Below, piece after piece: positions 13,075 through 25,862 of a DNA stretch of 64,000 nucleotides (position 1 is its first letter; each line of letters starts with the position of its first letter). The position numbers and the translations under genes were made by a program. Source of the DNA: Lepidodermella squamata (lineage: Eukaryota; Animalia; Gastrotricha); NCBI GenBank assembly GCA_047495785.1, contig JBLDXI010000013.1:496001-560000 (forward strand). Direction: 5' to 3'. The notes beneath the pieces are model-generated. The model was not told where the DNA came from. It did no database searches and saw only the letters and a program-made list of their open reading frames with translations.

Positions 13075-14115
13075 AGAAGAGCCGACCCCAGCCATACTAA
13101 ATCAGACTTTGGAAACTTTATAGAGCAAGTGTTTATCTGGAACATAATTGAAGAAACCATTATTTACCAGTATATCAAAATGAGATATGTCGTGATGAAG
13201 ATGTTCGATTTCAACTAAAAATGTTAACTACTACAACATTAAACACTATTTGTCAGCACGATATTGAGGCTATAATGCCTGTTGGATTGTTTATGCGCTC
13301 GGTAAATAAAAAGTAGGTTCCACGCCAAGGATGTTGTTGCGCTTTGTTCGAGCCCCTTCAGCGGTCGATGATTACTCGAAGCCGGAAAGCCGTAGTGCGG
13401 CATCGCTTCTTCGGCAGATCTCCGATGCTCAACTAACAAACAGTTTTAATGTGTGTGAAAATACGCAGACTTTCCCTCGCAACAAACCCGCCTTAATATA
13501 ACTACATGCCGGCGAGAGGCTGCTGTCTTTATACCTGGCGCTATTATTGCTATTATGATATCAACTATATTTCGAAACAATTTTGCTTCCCATTGAAAAA
13601 TAGCCGTTCATCAGCGCTCATTCTGCACCGGTAGCAGCCGTGTTTTCGACTTGATTTTTCGCGTATTATTTACCTAGCAATCGCTACAACCGCATTTATA
13701 TGCTAAAAAATCACACTGATTTCTATTCAAAAAATTTATGGCAGCGCGTGATTTTGTTTTCATCAGAGCAATTTAAAACCCGCCGCGTCATTCAGTCACG
13801 TGTTTCCGATTATTTAGGTCATCCGAGGCGCCCATTCGTAAATAAAATTTTCGGCCCAAGTAGAACGATACAATAGCAAGCAGCTCTCACGGTCCAGCAG
13901 TGCGAAATTGCTGCGTCATTTGTCGCTCAATTTATTTACGGAAGAGCAATATTATGCCGGTGCCGCGAAAATTGCAAAGATATTGTCGCTCATTTCTTTA
14001 TTAGATATACTCGTTTATTTATTCTGATGAATCTTGGTTTTTTTCAAACATCATGATTGCTTTCTATTTATGTTTAATGGTAGTGGTCAATAAAATTTCG
14101 TCAGCTACAGTTAAT

Positions 14116-16056
14116 ATGACAGCAAATACAACAAGTCTAATAAGCGATGGAATTCTTCCTTTTCCCGACAACGCATCAGCCCAAAATAACTCCTACATCA
14201 CTGAGGTATGTTTAGAGACGGATTAGAGTAAAAATCAGCAATACAAGACCCTGTTGGTAGAATTTCAAAGATCAGTACGTGGCGTGGATGGACTCAGTAG
14301 CATCCGCTCGGTGGAAAGACGACTACAGCATAATTTGGTGGGTTGGAATAATTCCGTGCCTCGCAGCCATAGCGTCGATTGGAAAGTAAATCATGATAGC
14401 TAGTAAGAAGACGTCATGATTCATTCTTCGCTCATTGCATAGTATAATCGTTTTGCTGGTTGCCTCGACTTCGCGGCAGTTTCGAACTGTCTCTTGCATT
14501 TTTCTCACCAATCTCGCAGCAATCGACGTTATCTCGACGCTAGTCATCGTTCCATTTCGGGTAAAATCAGATTACTATTTTAAATTCATTTTCAAAGCTT
14601 CTTCACAGATTCTAGAAATTTTCATCATCAGATTTCCGTTCAAGCAATACGCTATTTGCAAACTCGTTTACGTCGTCAGGGAGGCACTTTACATAGCTTA
14701 CGTCCAGACCTTCATCCTTATTGCGGTTGAACGTTATATAGTCGTCGTGTACCCGATGAAAGCAACCCAAATCTGCACGAAACAGCGAGCTAGACTCAGT
14801 GTTTTAGGTGTCTGGATTATTGCTTGCATTCTTGCATTTCCAACCTGGTTTCAAATCGTGAGTATAATTTGTATATATTATATGCAAATTTATTTATGTT
14901 TCTTTCTTTTTCACAGAGCTTGATTGGAGTTGAAGAAGAGTGGCCGGTGTGCACGCGAAACATCATCCGAAAGAACTACCCGCCTGATTTGAATATAGAG
15001 TTGTGGCGTAAAAGCCATGAGATGTACTCGCTATTCGTTCTCTACGTCATACCGCTCGTTGCCTTGATCGTATTTTATAGGTATTTTATAGCGCATAAAA
15101 TACAATCAATTTTGTGTTCGAAATAATTGAGCTTGATTTGTGTAGTGTTGTAGCCGTCTCACTTTACCGAAGTATCTTAGCTTCTCAGCAGATGACGCAA
15201 CATGGCAGCGTGAAAACAATCAGCTCAGTCCAAAGTTTCAAGCTTGGCAGCCAGTCGAGTGCCATCTCAAGCCAGCAAAACCAACATCCCCCACGCAAAG
15301 CTATTCCTGATTTGCAACGGGAAAGAGTTTTGGTACTGTCATTTTCTCTTGAACATTTTGATTGCAACATTTATTTGAATTTACTAGGTCTTAAGGATGT
15401 GCGTGGTTTTGGTTGCGTTTTTCGGCATTTGCCAAGGTCCCTGGCGCATTCATTACTGGCTGAACGTTGTTAATCCATCAGCTATTCCTGGATATATCAA
15501 TCAAAAATTATCGGCACCTCTGTTCGCTCTGTGCGTTTTAAATTCAGCAGTCAACCCTCTGATTTACGGCTTCATGTCGCGAAATTTTCGCCATGCCTTC
15601 GTGGTGATCATCGCGCATTGGTGCCTGGTGCCGATCGGCGTCTACAACCGCAGCTTCAAAGGATGGCATCATCGCGATGGCAAACAGCAAAAAGGACCGG
15701 GAAATGCGACAAATCGGCAGGTTAAAAGATTGGCTCAATCGTCGACCTCAAAGGAACCCCACGTAGAAGAAATAGCCGCCGGGTCGCTCATTAAGGTGGC
15801 TGATGCTCAACTGGGTGAACACGCGCACATATTTCAAAAACACCATCGAGACGGCCAAGAAAGCGGCAATTATTCGCGTTACACTGCCGACACTTCCTCG
15901 AATTGTCAAAGCGAACTGAGGAAAGCGGACGCGGCCGTTATCATGTGCGATGAATTCAGCCACACTGGAACTTCGAGCGAAGTCCAAGCGCTGAATCTCG
16001 AAGAGCCCAGCAACCCAGGTTCGGGTAACACAGCCTCAACCGACCCGGAAAATTAA
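14116..16056 (+). CDS. Class A (rhodopsin-like) GPCR, peptide-receptor type, orphan; about 7 exons
   Basis: N-terminal NxS/T sites; TM1 GN, TM2 NLAAID, TM3 CK...IAVERY, TM4 W, TM5 YVIPL, TM7 NSAVNPLIYGFMSRNFR. Confidence 0.88.
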
Positions 16057-16324
16057 AAACTATCGGCTTGTTTTTCATTCCTGATGAACTTTCGTAGTGA
16101 TCTTAGCGGTTGCTGTCTTGGTTTGTTTGGTTTGATTAGGATAATAAAAGTCGTGCAAAATTGCTTTTATTAAAAGTTTCAAAAAAATTCGATGAAAGCT
16201 TAAATTTCGAAAATTCCATGACAGAGAGATAGTACAGAGATAGCACATGCAGCTGAGAGAAGACACTAAAATTAGCCTTATAATAATATTATTGTTGTAA
16301 GCAATGTTTGTTGTACACCGATTA

Positions 16325-17026
16325 TCATCGCCTGCTGAATCCTAACGAGCCACCGCCGCTTTGCGTCTGCGTAACTGTGGCGCCGCTCGATGCGAAGGAA
16401 TCGGAAGCGGCGAAATCGCCCGGCGCAGCCAAAGCAGCCGCCTTGTAATCAGACCGCAGTCGGTGCAGCTGGTCGAGCGCACCGGCTAGATAGGGTCTGA
16501 ATAAACGCAGCTCGAGGCGGGTGATGTTGTTGAGCTTGGCGTGGGTCGAAGTGCTCTTCAAGAACAAATCGATACTGGACCTCAGTTTCGAAAAACGAGC
16601 GTCGAAGAGATCTTTAACAGCCGTGCGAATGTTGCCATGATTCGAAATATCATCCTCGGCGCTGGAAAAAAATCAACCCATTAAATCTATGTAAATTTCT
16701 CAACTAGTCGAAACAAACTGGGCAAGTAAAAGCTTGGCGACTTCAAAGTAGTAAGGACTAGGCATTGGCGTGAGAAGTGGACTGTCTGTTTCTTCTTTCA
16801 GCTTACCAGCCAAGAATTCTTCATTCAACCATTCTGGAGCCATGATTCGGCAGCGGTTCATGGTTTTCAGGTGGAGGGCCACCCATAGTGGAACTGCAAC
16901 AGGTAGACCGGCTTGAAATGGCCCCAAATCACCAGTTATGAGATGGACAACGTCTTCGGAGAAATTTGGCACAACCGTCACCTTCTCTGTATCTTCAGCC
17001 AGAAACTCAATCTCCCCAAAATCCAT
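16325..17026 (-). CDS. GINS2: GINS complex subunit Psf2; 2 exons
   Basis: EIEFLAE...VVPNF...LITGDLGPFQAGLPVAVPLWVALHLK...CRIMAPEWL...LTPMPSPYYFE; second exon HAKLNNITRLELRLFRPYLAGALDQLHRL. Confidence 0.95.
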
Positions 17027-17303
17027 TTCAAACTAAATTTCGCCTAATAGAAAAAAATCAGGTGAAATAAGTTGACTACGTTTATTTTGTTAAATATTTC
17101 TCACAACAGTTGAAATTAAAGCAACCAAGTAGAATCATTAACCTTGTTGGATGGTAATGCAAAGTATCAAAATAAATAATAAGAAAGAGACCAGAACGAG
17201 TAAAAGCACTAAATAATCAGAGTGATAGTTCATCCAAACGATGAGCAAAATTAATAACTCTCAATATATGGGCCATTAAAACAAAGACAAAAGACCGTCA
17301 CTT

Positions 17304-18417
17304 TCAGGCACGTTCAATTGCATTTTTGACTTTTTTGGCAGAATAATCTGGTTGTTGGGGCTCTTCATTTGCATATGGGTCCCACGGCGTCATAATCGCA
17401 TTCATATTTTTGTACGGCAACGGCGGTGCGCCCAGGATGCCTCCACTTTCGGGCAGCGGTATGGGCGGTGGCAGCGGGCACGTCATCTCCGGAGGCAGAC
17501 GCGACGTCAAGATGCGACTGTCAGCCATTTCGAGCTCATCAGCAAGAGGCAGGTAGAAAATAGCCGAATTCGGGTCGTAAAACTCGACGATGAGTGGCGA
17601 ACGAGGCGGTTTCAAGTTGAACTGGCGAATAACTTCGCGGCTCGACCCAAGGAAACGAAGCCCGGCGAAGGCAGTTGCCATGCGCGAAACCACCGATTTG
17701 CGCCACGATCTACCAGCGTGGTAACGTAGTCGCAGTGCCGTTTTCAACGGAGGTAGGGTGCAAAACTGGGTGAAGCCAGCGGCTCGCAGTTGGTCGCATA
17801 GCGGCGTGGGATACGTCAGCATAGACTCATGCGGGGCCTCTGAGACAACGACTCCGACGATGTAGCGAACATCGCCTGAGCGAAAGGCGCCAAGCGCTGC
17901 ATTTGTTAGCTCTTCGTCATCCTTCAGCGCAACATTTTCATCATCGTACGGATCGGCGTGTTTCTGGCTGTGGTCTCCCTCCTTCGAGATGGGCGGTCTC
18001 CAAACTGTGAAAAATCGTTAGTATTCAAAAACACCGCAAAAATTTAAAAATACCATAGCGACACAGTGCAATGACGCGAACGCCATGTTTTACTGCGAAC
18101 GAGTTCGCATGACTGCCTAGAATGCCCAGGAAAGGTCGATTGGGCGCCGGGGCGACCTTGAATTGTTGATGTGGCGCAATGCCAGATTCGGCCGTAATCT
18201 CCTGAGGTAGCGATGATTCGTCAGCAGGCATGAGGATCGGGCGATAGGCGAATAGAACAGCGTTTTGCACGAAATTTGACTGGTCAGCATCGTTGAAGGA
18301 ATGCCGGTTGTCGACGATTTCGATGACGAGTTTTGAAAACACACGGAAATACAGCAAAATCCCGAGTCCGATGAGGGCGAAAATGCCCAGAGCAGTTAAC
18401 GCAACGTAAAATGACAT
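17304..18417 (-). CDS. TEX264: TEX264-like protein (N-terminal TM anchor plus GyrI-like domain); 2 exons (intron about 18052-18005)
   Basis: N-terminal TM, then FAYR, RVIALCR, RYIVGVVVSE, LRAAGF, PLIVEFYDPNSAIFYLPLA. By recall this parallels TEX264 VAYK / RSIAVY / RCAVGSILSE / KFGF / PRLEIYQEDQIHFMCPLA. Confidence 0.6.
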
Positions 18418-18617
18418 GTCTTCGCCGTAGTTAGCAGATGAATCACTCAAATCAGTTGAATTAGAAATCGGAAAAGAAGAAACACAATTCAGACTACAAA
18501 AGAGAACGAAAGAGCGTGAATGGCTCGGCTTGATCAGCTTCTAGCTTGCTTCTTTCACTCCCTTATCCAAACGTCATAACAGTAATAAATTCCTAAATTT
18601 TCAAAAAATAAAAATTA

Positions 18618-19437
18618 TTAGGATCTTTTTAACATGGAGCAAAGTTGATCGAATTTCGACCCGATTTCACTGAGACTCAACGGAGATTTTTCTTTGATAA
18701 GAGATCCTTGCCAGTCGCTCGATTTTGGGGAAGGCATATTCACAAGTCTAGAAACCTGATTGTCCGTCAAACCCCCCGTAATTACAAAGTCGACTGGAAA
18801 TGTAGATTCACCGCGAGAAATCGCTGCCACTACAAAGAAGTGCACTTTCCCGTTAATAAAAGCCGGTTGAGAGGTCCACTCAACAACATGCGAGCTGTGA
18901 ACGAGGGAAACGCTCGTAATCAATCCAGGATTAGAATCGTTCTTGTCAATGACATCACATGAATTGACGAGGAGAAGAATCCCGTAAATACTCTGCGAGA
19001 CTTGCTTCGAGAAGAGTCCCACAACTTCGAGTGAAAGAGAGCGCGGGGCTGTTTCTGGTTCAAATTTGTCGACCGGCTCATCGCTTGCAATTAACGCTTT
19101 CGCTAGTGATAGATCAAACGCTCGAGTTTCATCGGTTAAGCGCTCGCGAATTATGGTATTGACACGGGACGATTCTAAGATTTGCTTCTCCAAAGACTAT
19201 CAATTGAAAAAATTGTCATCGGATACAATTTATTCTAAATTTAATTCACCTTGGTAGCCGTAAAACTGGATTTTTCATTCATTAAATTTCTAACAGAGTC
19301 TAAGAAACAACAAGAACAAGTCATAAAAGCTTTTTATTTACCAAATTTCTTCTGATCGTTAAAGCAGATAAAATCTTCATCTTAAAAAGGCCACTGTTAA
19401 GTGCAGTGGTGACACACTTACGTCTCTTGCATGCCAT
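18618..19437 (-). CDS. Uncharacterised protein of about 227 aa; 4 predicted exons
   Basis: Three short 5' exons with GT-AG introns splice in frame (MACKRHEDFICFNDQKKFDSVRNLMNEKSSFTATKS) onto ORF 18618-19193. No family recognised. Confidence 0.55.
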
Positions 19438-19848
19438 CAGATTATTATTTAATAAAAGAGGAAGCAGTAAATGTGGCCCGCTGGCCAAATAATACCTAAG
19501 CGAGTGCACCAGTCCCTTCGTTTCTGTAAGATAGCATACAAAATATGAATGAGTGAGTAAAATGGCGAGTAGCAGTTTTAACATGTATAAAATGGCCCGA
19601 TTTGAAAGAAAACAGCAATTTCAGTCAGCTCTTACAAAAAGGAACAGTAGAAATCAGAACAAGAACTCCCGTAACCCGAGCGTTTCGCGTTGGCACGTCG
19701 ACAATATCCAAGACACGTTGTTCAGATTACAGCGTACAACAAACAGATACAAATAAAGAAGTTTTCAGCACTAATACTGCATCAAGAAATGCGTTAGTCT
19801 TTGTACACAACAGAAGTATATTTGGAATTTGTAAACATACATTTTTCG

Positions 19849-22800
19849 TTATTGCTTTTTGGCTTCTGAAGATTTACAGTTGACATGGTCAGGCGATAAC
19901 AAAGTAAAATAAAAATAACTCAACAACCGATCGCGCACTTGATCGTTTAGAACGTGAATAGCGTGGAATGTCAATTTTGTTTGAACGTCGTCAGAAGAAT
20001 GCGATTTTGATCGACTGGCTATTACAAGACCAGAAGTCCCAGATCCAGCGGGTCCATTTGTTCGATGGACACCGTAAACGCCTGCAATATCAGCCAGATT
20101 AACACCCAGCTTGACTCTACCCTGCGAAGGGAGACGATGGGACTGAATGTGCGATAGGGCCGTAGAGAAGAACGATTTGAACGAGCCTCCGTGGCGACCC
20201 GGGGCGCTCGATGATGCCGAAGAGCCACTCCGGCTTACGCCTTTCGTTGACTTCGGCTCGTCCGATGCACCGATTAAGGCTGACGGGGCAGCTTTCATCG
20301 ACTTGACCACAACTTCCGAATCGTTCAAATACAACCAATGCTTCAATTTCGCGGAGTTTTCCGTAAAACTATCCTGCGACCAGGGCCCTGCATAACTGCA
20401 GGGTATCGATGTTTTAAATGAAACGATTGACTCAGTTTCGATCTGACCACCAGCACCACCGCAGTCCGTCATATCATACAATGAACTGTCTTCATTTTCA
20501 AGCGGCGCTGCTTCAAGCACCAATTTACAATCACGCCGCAAATTTTCGGGTTCCAGCGAGGCCCATGAGCAACATATGTCGAGTAACCGAGTTAGCGGGC
20601 TCAATGGTCTACGTAATGACCCACCGGCTAGGTATTCCCAAACAGCTAAATCACCGGAACAGTTTGCGATGCCTTCATCAACCAAGCTCAGCTGGTTGAT
20701 CAAGTCAAGAGCAGATAGACGTGGTGCAATATGAACGGCGTGGCTCGACCGTCGTCTATCATTCAGCAGCTTCGCATCCCCGACAATCGACACCGGTTTA
20801 GTTTTGCCCTGGTTGGTTCCCGATAGGTCAACCTCCACCTGTAATGTTATTTCACCGGCTTGCTTATGCTGCTGCGGTTGTAGGTGAAGTCGAACAGCGA
20901 TGTCTTGAACATGAGCGTCCCGCCTGACACTTTCTGGCATGGCGTCGAGCGGGCAAATGCTGTCCATCTCGGACAGCAAGTCGATGACAACTCCGATCGC
21001 CCCAGCGACTACAGATTTCCCGTGGGGAAGGACATCGGCCAGCCTAAGCGTGTTTTCATTTCGCTTATTGTCACCAATTTCGTTGGACAGTGGTGCCGTT
21101 TGTGAACACATTAAGGTTGGACCCCAGCTTGCAGCGAGAGCGAGAAAATTCATTCGATTTTGCGCCTCGAGGGCGGCTACTGTTCGCAAATGAAGCAACA
21201 TAGCTTGCAGGGTGCGGCGAGCCACTGGATGAAGCATCGAGAATGCTCTTCGATATTCAGAGAGGCGCGCTTCGACTCCAAATCTATTATAGTGAGCCCC
21301 GATCCAGGCGGTCGCCAGCGATCGGTCAGCCTCTTCGTCTACCCCGGTGAGTAGCAAAGGGCAATCGAGAGATTGAAAGAACTTCTTCAAAGTAGAAACA
21401 ATGTCGTGAGGCGAAATCATGTCACCATCTTTTGTCAGCGCTTCGAATCTAACGCTCCACGGGTCGCGTCGGAAAAGAGTTTGAAGGTCATTGGATACCC
21501 TCACTCGGCCGGCTTGCCGATGCAAACCCTCGGCTGTCAGACAACTTAGAGTCAGATGGGATAGAATTCTATCAACAATTGCCGGTAAGTCTGATTCGGA
21601 CATTCGTTGTTCAGCTAAGCAGCGAGACGACGCAGACATTTCATGAATCAAGTTGTCAAGAAGAGCTTGCCACGCGCCAAAATGAACGGTGCATGGTTCG
21701 CAGCCGGGCAACGAACAAGCGCACGTTGAGGTGGAAGCACACGCACAGGCCGGTCGGATATACAACGACGAATTCGTGCTAGTTCCAAATCGCAGGTAAA
21801 ACAACCGACTTCCATCTCCATCGCCGGCGGATTCTTGGCGCAATTCTCGAATGTAACGCAAATCAATCGAATGTTCTACAGCTGGTTTAGCTGAGTAATC
21901 AGAACAAGCGCCGTCAGATTTCGGTCGAACCACAATCAAATGCCGAGATTCAGTAATTATTGCGTAAGATGGAACCCAAGGTAGCAGGGACTGCTGTCGG
22001 AACATAACTCTTCCAACGCATAAAACACCACTCGATGTCCCTAAATTAGCAGAAGCAAGAATTGTCGAACTATAGACGTCGAGAGTTTTTGCTATGCATG
22101 TCACCATTGCAATAGCCGCTTGGTTAGAAGCACAAGCATAAGTGAAAGGTGATTCTCTCGCAAACTGATTCGATGGAAGGGTAGCCAGTGTGATGGTATG
22201 GCGATTTTTAACATCGACATTCACGCGCAACAAATCGGTTGCCAGCATTCTGCGGTGAATGTTATGATTATGGTGAACTTCAGTCGTTCCGCTAACAGTT
22301 CGATAGCTTTTGTCACTGCTTCCCGTGAGCCAACATATAGAGCCATCTTGCCGATCAACGGAAATGCGGACTGCCTGCCCTTTACGTAACGATACGACAG
22401 AAAATTCTTCACATATATGATCATCTTCGGCAGCGCCGCCGTCGTCATTCAACTCAGGGTCCTCTTTCATTGTCTCCGGAACTAAGATAGATTCCGATTT
22501 GGAACTTGTATTAAGTAAAATCGAATCAGAAAAGCGCCTGTCCGATGGCGATGGAGTAACGCCAAAAAGGGACAGGAAATCGCGATCCATTTCGTTCATT
22601 GGTGTAAGAGGAGTAACTGCAGCATTTGATTTCTTTTTACGTAGGCTAGAGTGAGCCGACATAGCGTCGTGAGATGGTTGACCAATATCGACAAGCAACC
22701 GAGTAGGAGCGGGAGATGCAGAATTCAAACGGGATAGCACAATTGAAGCTCTGTGGGCGAGATTGCTCGACATGAAAGATAGAGAGGCCGATTCAATTGG

Positions 22801-23290
22801 AGGTGATCCGGAATCTGTTGATTGAGGTAAAGGACGAGCTCCTAGGGGCAAAGAACTACCAAATTCTCTGGCCATTAGCCAAGCAACAAGCTCTTGCTGC
22901 CAAGGAGCGCCAGGGCTAAATTCTTCATATATTTGAGAGGATTCCGGATTTTCATTGCCACTGTCGTTGCTAGCACAATTGGTTGGCAATTCATAACTGA
23001 CATCGTCTTTTTTAACTTGATCATAATCGTTAGGTAGATCTTCTTTTTGATGGCTCCATTCAGCGCTTAAAATGGAGTTTGCGCCTTCCGGTCCGGATGG
23101 AGTGACATTTTCGTTGTGCGTCGGTGATTTGTCAAGCTCGGAAACTTGCTCCTTAAAAGTTGACACGGCCTAATTACCAAATTTTTTAATTGCAAAGAAA
23201 TAGCAATGCTTTGCTAACGCATACCTTTTGTTTTGATTTCCTTGGGGTAGGGACGGGTGTCTGCGTTGGCGGAATCGACAGCTCTGACAT
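19849..23290 (-). CDS. ARAP-family-like RhoGAP (PH-like, RhoGAP, Ras-association, PH-like); 2 exons (intron 23224-23170)
   Basis: RhoGAP LPAIVDRILSHL...LTAEGLHRQAG (Arg finger), DIVSTLKKFFQSL, NRMNFLALAASWGPTL; RA-like AGEITLQVEV...VWEYLAGGSLRRPL; the N-terminal PVPTPRK motif is ARAP-like. Confidence 0.75.
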
Positions 23291-23538
23291 AAAAATCGAC
23301 TTCTCTAATAACAGAAGATATTTTGCATTATAGATTAATACGAAAATGCTCTCTGAACTCTGAACATACAACAAGCATGATAGTGACACTACAAACGAAC
23401 TTAAAATTAATTGAAGAGATAGTGCTACTTCATATTGAATATTGAATGGATTTCTCTCAACTCAATAATTCACAATGAATTTCGCTCACTCAGCACTTGG
23501 CAAATTAACAATTAACCTATCAAGTTTGACCAAGACCC

Positions 23539-23565
23539 CTAGGTTTTGATGACTAGGTTTTGATG
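23539..23565. repeat. 13-bp direct repeat CTAGGTTTTGATG x2
   Basis: ctaggttttgatg-a-ctaggttttgatg. Confidence 0.8.
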
Positions 23566-24518
23566 TCGCAGCAGCGTGCAACCTGTATGCTGTATCCGCC
23601 GTTAGGGCCTCTAACTGGCAACTCCGCTCCGAAAATCTGGCGATCCTCAGAAGTCGAAATGCCAAAATGGAAAAATTATGATTTATTTTTTATTGACACC
23701 ATATTTTAATGAATGTCAGAAGTTGATAATAATACTATTTTTAATAAAATATCACAGATAACACCGGTTGCTAAGCATATTTTTCGCAATTTTTAGCGGC
23801 CGGGGCCGACGCGGCTCGCGCTTCGTGGTGCTCATGGGCTGGCTGGCTCACCGTCCTGTCCTCTGTCTTTACCTTTTAACGCCAATCTGAACTGCATTGA
23901 TTGATTCATTATCAGGTTAGAAAAGTGCCGAAAATCTTCGAAACTCCTTGTTAAAACTCCGTGACGACTCGGTACGTGAGATACGTGCGATACCCTATAC
24001 ACGATTTTTCGGCAAGGCCCTAAAATTCCTGCTATCACACATCTAGGAATCGGAAATATATTCATCCCTACATTCAGCTTCCAGCTTCTTAGAAACAAAA
24101 GATTGCGAGCCTAATCTAGCCAATCAGCTTCTATTACTCCAACTGCTCTGAATGGAACTAGTAACTTATCTGTTTACTTCGGACCCTCACATACATGAAT
24201 GATAAAGCCGCTATGCGTGCCGAAACTTCCCGCGCATAGTGTATTTTTCTGCTAATCATTTTTTAAGCTTATTGTTATTTCTTCTTTGGCGTTATCAAAC
24301 TTGAGTTCGTCTTACTTAGCCTGAGTCCGTCACGAATAGCATAAGACAGACATTTTTGTGATAAGAACATTTTCACGATGCTCTAATTCGCAAAAAATCG
24401 CGCTTGCGTTAATTCAGGCAAATATTCCACCTAATTGTCTTCCTATTTTCAATGTTTATTTTGTTTTTTTTTCGGTATAGAACATAATTATACATCCAAC
24501 ACACCCAACACACTCGAG

Positions 24519-25345
24519 ATGACTTCACTTGGAAGTGACGAACCATACTATTGCCATCAGCAGATCAATATTCCGCCTGAGCTACCTGATATCATGAAAC
24601 AGTTCACAAAGGCAGCCATTCGCTATCAACCGAAGGACGTGTTGGCATGGTGTGCCGCATATTTTCGCGCTATGGCCAGTGGTGAAATGCCTCCCACCAA
24701 GGAAAGAATCGATATGCCTTATTCAACACAGAAGACTGACACTGGAGTAACTGTTAACATCTTGAAAATGCTGCATAGCCAGGTATGACTGTCTGAACTC
24801 CTTGGTGTTTGTCAATTAATCGATGCTTTTGATCAGCTGGGTCCAAAGCGGGTTGTGTCTCTGCAGTTGATTGAAGAGAAATGGCGAGCTGCGCAGCTTC
24901 CGATGGAGTTATTTCAAGACATCTCTCGCATAGGAAATTTTTTCGGTGATATCGAATGGATTAATTTTCTTGCAGTTGCTGCTTCCTCCTTGGCTGGCGT
25001 GAGTGATTAAGGAAGTTGTCAAAATAATAAATAGTTCAATTCATTGTTGCAGAATTTACCAGAAGCCTTGAAGGTTTGTTGCGAAGTTCTGACGCACGAC
25101 CCAGAAGGAGGTGCCAGCAAAATATCCTTCACGTTGTTCCGAACTCTCTACGAATTCCTCGCTAGAAATGACGGTTCGGTTCCTCCAGAACGCATCACTG
25201 CTGCTTTGACTTATCTCGAGGAGCAAGCGTAAGTCTCTAAGTACTTGTTGATGCAGAGATTAAATTTCCTTTATCCAGGGAGAAACAAAACGGATACGTT
25301 CAGCCGAGGAACTTCCTCAGCATACATTGTCCGAAGCTGGTTTGA
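24519..25345 (+). CDS. ROPN1L: Ropporin-1-like protein (RIIa docking domain; radial spoke); 4 exons
   Basis: YYCHQQINIPPELPDIMKQFTKAAIRYQPKDVLAWCAAYF; ALKVCCEVLTHDPEGGASKISF. Confidence 0.93.
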
Positions 25346-25517
25346 AGAGCCAACATGGGGGCAGAATAAACTTAATATTGTGATATTTTTTATTTACGAA
25401 GTATTTTTTCAGTTTTAATTGATGATAATATTAATAGAAGCTTATGAAGAGTTATGTACCTTTGTAATAAATTAAGATGCCTATTGATATTGATAGATCT
25501 TTTGCTATATTTGGATC

Positions 25518-25862
25518 ATGTCGGCGAAGAAGCAGTCTCCTAGTGATTTTTTGAAGTTGATTCTGGGCAAACCCGTTGTAGTCAAGTTGAACTCGGGTAC
25601 TGATTATCGAGGTAAAATATTTCACTTGGGATTTTCCTTGCTGAATTCCTAATTGCAGGCATGCTGACATGTTTGGATGGTTTCATGAACATCGCGCTTG
25701 AGCAGACTGAGGAATATCACAATGGAGAATTGAAAAACAGGCTTGGCGACTGTTTCATTCGAGGCAACAACGGTATCGTTTTTTCGGGATGCTTTTCTGG
25801 CAATTATTTAATGTTTATTTTTTGCAGTCCTATACATCAGTGCTCAAAAGAAACGTTACTAG
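25518..25862 (+). CDS. LSM6: U6 snRNA-associated Sm-like protein LSm6; 3 exons
   Basis: KQSPSDFLKLILGKPVVVKLNSGTDYRG-MLTCLDGFMNIALEQTEEY...GDCFIRGNN-VLYISAQK. Confidence 0.96.

Noticed and set aside
23797-23852. GC-rich stretch starting GGCCGG, resembling an HDV-like ribozyme
   Set aside because: No P3/L3 consensus or nested pseudoknot could be built.
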